Positions 57,768-64,000 of a DNA stretch of 64,000 nt are shown here, piece by piece. The translations under genes and the position numbers were made by a program. Within the stretch, counting starts at the first letter, position 1. The number at the start of each line of letters is the position of its first letter. Below the pieces are notes generated by a model. It saw nothing but the letters and a program-made list of their open reading frames with translations. It had not been told where the DNA came from and searched no databases. The stretch is taken from positions 620,001-684,000 of the forward strand of contig OZ025658.1 of assembly GCA_964019335.1 (NCBI GenBank), in the 5' to 3' direction. The DNA is from Diplonema japonicum (taxonomy: Eukaryota; Protista; Euglenozoa: Diplonemea).

Positions 57768-58314
57768 TGTATTTACACCCCTTTTTTTCGAAGGGGAGTA
57801 TTAACAGATAGACCCCCCCCCTCCCATAGGGCGGCCCTCTAGCGGGGGGGCTTGTCCTGTACTTTGAGTTTTTTTTTAACCTATGCTTTTACAACTACAC
57901 TTTCTGTACTTTATTGTGATGTGCCTGCGTCCGTTCAGCTACGTCGTACCTACAGGTGTCCTTGATATTGTGCTACTTGGGGTTGGCGACATTGGGAAGT
58001 TTTTTCCTCGTAACCCCTAGGCGCCCAGAGCCTATTTACGGTACCCCCCCCCTATATTTTCGTTGAATGCTCGAAAAAGGGACAGCATGCAGCCATACGT
58101 AGATACTACTGCCCCCCGATGGGCAGTGACACGCGAGAGGAGAACTTCGTGGTACAGAAAGGGAAAACACAAGGGGCGATTGTTCTTAAGGGGGTGCTTG
58201 GTAAAACCACGCGGCTTGAAAAAAAATCTTGGCTCCTTGGGAACAAGCACTTTTTGTGCCATGGCAATGAAATGAAACAAACAAAAAATTAAAAAAAAAA
58301 ACCCCTCCCCACAG

Positions 58315-58482
58315 GTTGCTACGTACGGTGCTGCAGCGTGTCTTGAGCATGTTGTCGCAGAAATCGGGGCATCACAGGTGAAGAAGCTTCTCACGATCAG
58401 GAACAAGCAGGGCCTGACCCCTCTTGAGAAGGCTGCCGTATCTCAACAGTCGAGGCTTGCAGAGATGATGTCGAATGGGTGA
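58315..58482 (+). pseudogene. Orphan terminal exon encoding an ankyrin repeat
   Basis: Follows an A-run/CCCCACAG acceptor like the other introns. Translates VATYGAAACLEHVV..LLTIRNKQGLTPLEKAA..LAEMMSNG*. No upstream exon found. Confidence 0.6.
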
Positions 58483-59049
58483 AGTAGCCGATGAACGATA
58501 TGACAGTGTTCGTGAAGACGGGAATGTGCATGAAATCGGCTTGTGCTGCTGGTTTACTCGAAGGCAAGTTCTATCGCCACCACTGCATGTCGAGGTGTTG
58601 ACATGAGCAGGAGGTACTTCGTTCCTCCTTGTCACCAGGTTGTGCTACTAGTATACATACTGTGTTGCTTCAAGGTAGCTACGACCTGAAGTCTGTTGGT
58701 CTCTTTACACCGCTGCGGAAAACTAGAAACCATCGACTTGAATATTCGTTGATTCGTTTATTATACATTGGTACTTCCTCTTCCTTTGTCGACTAGGAGC
58801 TGATTAGAAAGTAGAAAGGTAAATGGTAACAGAGCAAGTTTATTACAATTGTAAGAATCGGTTAGCACCGGTCCAAGGGATTCTTATCAGCTTAATATCT
58901 CCACATGCAAGGGGAAATTCAACATGCCAAATAGGGCCAAGATCTTTTTTTATTATTATTCTTTGGGTCCGCCTGTGCTTTGCCACAGGAGCAGAAGCGA
59001 ACGGAATTGCGAGGGGTGGTTGTAGATCCCGTTCTTGTGGGAAAAAGAA

Positions 59050-59360
59050 AAGAGAAAACTGCTGACTTGACCCCAAGGTTCGGAGAAATGTTCAAAATAC
59101 ACCCCCTTCGTTTGAGCAATGTTCAAGGTCTATCTTTAAGGAGGGAAGAGTTTCTGATCCGGTCCCCAAGGTTTCCTAAATCTCTGCGTAGTACCCCAAG
59201 TCTAAAAAGAAACTCATACTTGACCCCTAAGTTTTTAGTCTCGAGTTCGGTCCCCTTAGTTTCGTAAATGCTCAAAGTAGACCCCCTTGGTTTTCAAAAT
59301 GTTCAAAATCTGGAAATGCCCAACTTGGGCCCCCTTAGTTTCATAAATGTTCAACAACAT
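59050..59360. repeat. Degenerate short-period repeats, possibly a DNA-transposon subterminal region
   Basis: Recurrent GRYCCCYWAGTTT and AAATGYTCAA blocks. No convincing partner TIR found. Confidence 0.4.
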
Positions 59361-60757
59361 TTTTTCACCCCCACATTTCTTACAGCTTTTTTTTCCCATC
59401 ATTATATCACAAAAACCAATCCTTTTTAAAATACCTGCAACCCAGCCGAAGATTGCTGATGTGGTGTTCCCGGACATGGCTGAGGCGCGAAGAGAGGCCT
59501 CTCGGACTGTTACGAGAGTGGTCGGGCTAAGAGAAAAATAAAAAGTAAAGACCAACGATTCTAAAGCTACAGTTTCTGCGTCCGTCGTCGCCGGAGGAAA
59601 TAATGAGGCCCTCAGTGAGTGAAGAATATGACAAAGGGTGAAAAAAGAAAAAAAGAGAAATCGATTAGGAAGGAAACCATAGCGAAGTGGATGGGGACCT
59701 GTGAAGAGCCGCACCAGGTATGAGAAGGCCTCTGAAGTCTGAGATGGTAGAGAAGGCCCCAACAATCCCTCAATTAGAAGGGTACATGAAAACACTGAGG
59801 GAGGAAGTCAGCCCATTTTTGGACCTATTTTAGTATATTAAAAGCAGTCCATGTCATGAAATACATGTGGAGTCGACACATGCCCTCACAGAAGAGCCTT
59901 TTATGCACATCTTACTTGTGCAGACGTCGGACAATCCTTGAAGCACTACTGTGATCTAAACTAGCTTGCCAGAAAAGTGTATCTCCTCTAAAATGGAATA
60001 GCGGAAATATGTGGACGTTCCAAGGTAGCTGATCCGACGTTATTGGGATTTTATCTATTGTTTGAAACAAAAGAAAAACAGCAACATTGGAACTCTACAC
60101 TACTCACAAATGAAAACTAGTCTTTATGAGTACAACCTAGCAAAAACCGTGTTAAGGAAGCAATAATGCCAAAGAAAGTTCATAATTAAAACTCATGAAT
60201 ATATCGACCAAATGATAATAATACAAAGATCCTTTCTTCATACGGAATGAAGGGCACTAGTAAACAAGGGTGTTACAAGATGTGTGCGGCTTTGCAGGAG
60301 AAAAGGTGGGGAACTTGAGGCATTTCCAAAAAGAGTGTGAGGGTGCAGTATTTGTGATTTCAACAAGTTGTACATCAGTGAGTACGCTAAGTGTGGCTGT
60401 CATCGTGTACCCGAGGAACGAGTCCTGTGTCAACCAGTTAGCGAGAACAGCAGGATACTTCGGCTCTGAAATACGGCGGAGCAGTATAACCGCCATAAGT
60501 TTGGCAGAGCTCGCCAAGACCGCGCGGCTTTTGTACCTTTCACAAAAGAGATTTTCGGAGCGCTTAACAAGTCAGTAGTAGTTTTTTTTCATAATGAATA
60601 ATCACTGCACTACTTCTACTACTTACGGGCAACCGATATACGTCCACCTTAAAAACTCTTCTTTTTTTTTTTTGATTTATACTCTTAGCTATTTTTTGCC
60701 CCTCCCCCAGTATCACAAAAAAAAAGGTAAACCGCACAAAAAAAAAGAAGAAACAAA

Positions 60758-61663
60758 ATGAAGGCATTCCTCGCGTGCATTGTAGCACCGCTCATGGTGA
60801 CGGCGCAGGTAAACGTGAACTTCGCGGCATGCTCCGGCGGGACGACCGACGGGTGCAACGTGAAGAAAGTGGTGCGCTACGTGGAGAGCGACTTCCCGCC
60901 TTGGGACGACCTGGACGCCAACAACAACCTCGCAGGCTTCAACGTCAAGCTCTTCGACGCCATCTGCAAATCCCAAGCCTTTGCCGGCGTGGACTGCTAC
61001 GAGGTGCGCGACAGGTGGTCCAACGTGTGGCACGGTGATGAGTACCCTGGTGAGGGCATGCTTGGCGGATGGTACGACTTTGCGTTCGCTTTCGTGAACA
61101 CCGTGAGGTCCCACTCCTTCGACTACGGGTACATCCTTGCCAAGCGTGACCCTAATGTCTTTGTCGCGAACATGAGCCGCGCAGTGGACACCGTCCATGC
61201 ATCTGGTGAAGGTGAGACCATCGCTGTCGTTTGCGGTTGGGGCGACACCGCCATGGTTATCGCAGAATTCCCACAGGCAACCGTTCTCTCCGACCCTGTC
61301 AACTGCGCTGTGAGCATCGAGGCGGCCGTTGAGAAGGTCCGTTCAGGTGCTGCCACCCTTGCCTGGGTGACCCTCCAGGAGTGGAACTCCATGGTGGCAA
61401 CGGGTAAGGACACTGGTGTTAAGCGTCTTCCCGCCGACCAGGAGTTTGCTCTTGTCGATCTTGACCTTCACAAGAAGGAGCACCAGAACGGTCTCGCGTT
61501 CATGTTCCCCCGTCAGAACACCTGTGTTAAGGATCTTGTCAACAAGGCGTTGGCTGAGATTTGGGACACCGAGTTCAAGGCAATCTGCAACGCGGACCCG
61601 ATCATTGCGCCTCTTTGCAAGCAGACCCTCATGACCCGTGAGGACCTCCTTGCGCAGCCGTGA
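60758..61663 (+). CDS. Secreted bacterial-type extracellular solute-binding protein (family 3 / PBP2, amino-acid type)
   Basis: Signal peptide; ESDFPPW..D.NNNLAGFNVKLFDAICK, W...G.YD, R...FDY, IAV..G, A....V.SG.A and LVNKALAEI. Strong codon bias; intronless. Confidence 0.75.
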   Translation: MKAFLACIVAPLMVTAQVNVNFAACSGGTTDGCNVKKVVRYVESDFPPWDDLDANNNLAGFNVKLFDAICKSQAFAGVDCYEVRDRWSNVWHGDEYPGEGMLGGWYDFAFAFVNTVRSHSFDYGYILAKRDPNVFVANMSRAVDTVHASGEGETIAVVCGWGDTAMVIAEFPQATVLSDPVNCAVSIEAAVEKVRSGAATLAWVTLQEWNSMVATGKDTGVKRLPADQEFALVDLDLHKKEHQNGLAFMFPRQNTCVKDLVNKALAEIWDTEFKAICNADPIIAPLCKQTLMTREDLLAQP

Positions 61664-62507
61664 TGAGGAAAAAGCAAATACAAAATTTTTAATCTCTTGC
61701 CCCCTCTCTGTTTTTTTTTTTTTTTTTTTTTTTATTCCCCTCGCGCCCCTAATTTTTTTTCTTTTCTTTTTGAAGAAGCAATTTTGAAGAAAATTTGGTT
61801 CTTATCCCATAGATATCTACATTGCAAGGGGGTGTTTTTTTTTTTTTTAAGATATGGCAACTGGGGTGGGTGGGTGGGGTGGGGGGGGGGGGGGTTAGTA
61901 TTTAAAAAGGAAGGGGTTTCCTTTTTTAAAAAGAGGCATATAAGATTTTTAAAAAAAAGGGGGGAATGGTGTCTTCTATTCGTCCGCTTGTTATGAAAGA
62001 TCCTCTTCCCCCCTTATGTGTCCCTTGTAGTGAACAGATTTTCTATCTTTTTCTTCCCCCTCCCTTTCCCCCCTTTTTTTCCCTGTCCCTTTTGGTGCTA
62101 CCCGCACATAAAGGAGGGCAACATTGAAAGAAAAGAAAAAAAGGAGTTATCTTCTGTATTCTTTTTGAGGTGTCCCCTCCCCCCCCCCCCCCCCCCCTTT
62201 TACCCCTTCTTTTCTACCTTTTTTTTATCTGGAAGAAATAAAAAAAAAAAAAAACATAAATGCTCATTTATTTTAATCCCCTCCACAACCACTTTACTTT
62301 TTTTTTTTTACACCCCCACCCACAATTTTAAAAAAATGTTTTCATACCCCTCCCCTCACCAACGCTCGGGTTTTTTATTATTGTCCCCCTACCCGTTAAT
62401 TTTTTCTTCTTTTTTTTTTCTTTTTTTTTTAATTCTGCAAAAAAAAAAAGTGCGAAGAAAAAAGGAAAAAAAAAAAAAAAAAAGCGACAAAAAAAAATGC
62501 TTGTAAG

Positions 62508-63692
62508 ATGACAAACACCATAAAAACACCGCTGTCACTTTACATCTTTCTATGCTGCTTTCTCTGCTGCGCGATCCCATCCACCGGAAGCAGCTGCGAC
62601 AAAGCCACCCTCCCCACCGTTCAAAGCGCAACCATCACAGGCTGCGACGACGAAGTAGTGGACCAGGGGGACTCGTGCGCGTACACCCGTACAAATTACA
62701 TATGCGACACAATTCAGTGCATGGGCAACGGAACCTGGAATCTTGACAAACCAGGATGTCAAAGGGAAAACCAACCCATCGGTGCCTACGCAGAATTTGT
62801 TGTTAACGTACCAAAGTCCGCCGTGGCAACCTCTGAAATGAAATCCATAATGGAGACGGCACTGGGGAGCCCGTACGAGGTGACAAGGGTACAGACAATT
62901 TCCATCTCACCGACCATTACAAAGGTAAGGGTCGAGTACCTGATCCCGATGGCGGACAGGACCTACAACACCATGTCACAGGAGATAAATACGAAGATAG
63001 TTTCCTCGCCGGAGCTCATTGCGAAATACATGACAATAACAGATTTGAAAATAGATGAAATTGAATCGGACGATGTACCTAACCCGCCTACTGCTGGAAC
63101 GAACCCAAGCCCGGATGGAGCTTCGCCTGGAACACCCTCACAGGGTACCGGTGGGAACACCCCTTCGTCGAAAAACGTTCCTGCCGACTCTTCTGATTCA
63201 ACTGATAATTTCCCTTGGATCATCCTTGCAGTTTGCATTGGTGTTGTTTTGTTGTTGGTTTTTCTATGTGTTGCATATAAAATGTTAAATGGGGGTGGTG
63301 ATGAGGATGACAATTCAGGGCTTTCCGTTCCCAGGGAGCTTGGTTCACCGTTGGAAGGAGGATGTCCTTCTCCTGTGGTGTCTTCTACGCCTTATAGACG
63401 AAGGAAGGTTTCTCTTCCGCCGTTGCGGCCTGTTACCACTTACGAAACGGTGCCTGGGGATCCTATTACGCCGACGCTGACGCCGGCAGGGACGCACACG
63501 ACCACCACCGCCACCCAGCCCCCGAGGTCTGTTACTATTATCGAAGGGAACGATATTCAAATGGTTGAGTTCCCTGTTGGTCCCGGTGGTAGGGGGCAGC
63601 ACCTCCAGGGCGATGTGAGCAATTTGTCGATTTCACAAAGGAGCTTCGGGTCCACGTTAGGCTTCTCGAGGAACGGAAGGGAAATGGGGTAT

Positions 63693-63742
<50 letters not shown>

Positions 63743-63843
63743 GAAGAAAAGAAAAAAAAAAAAAATGCAGGAGCAACAATCTTGCTACACCATTGACCCC
63801 GCATGCTGGAATCCCTCACCGGACAAAGGTTGTTACGTTCTAA
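62508..63843 (+). CDS. Type I membrane protein with Cys-rich sushi-like module
   Basis: Signal peptide, a C..GC..GDSC..C..C..NGTW...PGC module, an S/T/P linker and TM WIILAVCIGVVLLLVFLCVAY. Intron 63689-63770 gives the end ..RTKVVTF*. Confidence 0.8.
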
Positions 63844-64000
63844 GGATGAGAGTTTTTTTTCTTTTTTTTATTTTTTTTTAAAAATAAGGAAATTAAGGAG
63901 GGGTCAGTTACACCTGCTAGTGTGACTGGGTATATATCTCCAACTCATTTCTTTGTTTATTTTTGTCTTTATTTATTTATTAAGATTTTTTTTTCCAATC

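Noticed and set aside
60257-60578. Overlapping 86-aa (-) and 102-aa (+) ORFs as genes
   Set aside because: Non-ATG starts and no recognisable domain, within the rearranged non-genic block.

Overview
Gene-dense eukaryotic DNA, not prokaryotic. It is most likely a euglenozoan protist and probably a diplonemid. That assignment is inferred from four things: 28 consecutive + strand genes, GTATG-type splice donors, a long nucleus-encoded uS8m, and protein motifs I associate with diplonemids. Coding regions are separated by homopolymer-rich spacers, and most start codons follow an A-run. I reconstructed 19 short GT-AG introns (37-82 nt) by hand. Sixteen lie within the last ~340 coding nt of their gene, and about 12 have a poly(A) tract where a polypyrimidine tract is expected. 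Notable genes: a >2600-aa ankyrin-plus-polycystin (TRPP) channel, RIT1, a PARG lacking the GGG loop, a tandem pair of free-standing C-Ala/DHHA1-like proteins, a divergent beta-tubulin with a truncated M-loop, a secreted DUF6259 glycosidase-like protein, and a secreted bacterial-type solute-binding protein with a pseudogene copy. Mobile DNA includes an internally deleted hAT-like transposon and a piggyBac-type MITE. Several non-coding islands of complex, self-complementary sequence are candidate structured RNAs. One occurs twice, flanking an orphan membrane-protein gene. No tRNA, rRNA or CRISPR array was seen. Family calls come from motif recognition without database searches, and splice models are unverified by transcripts.
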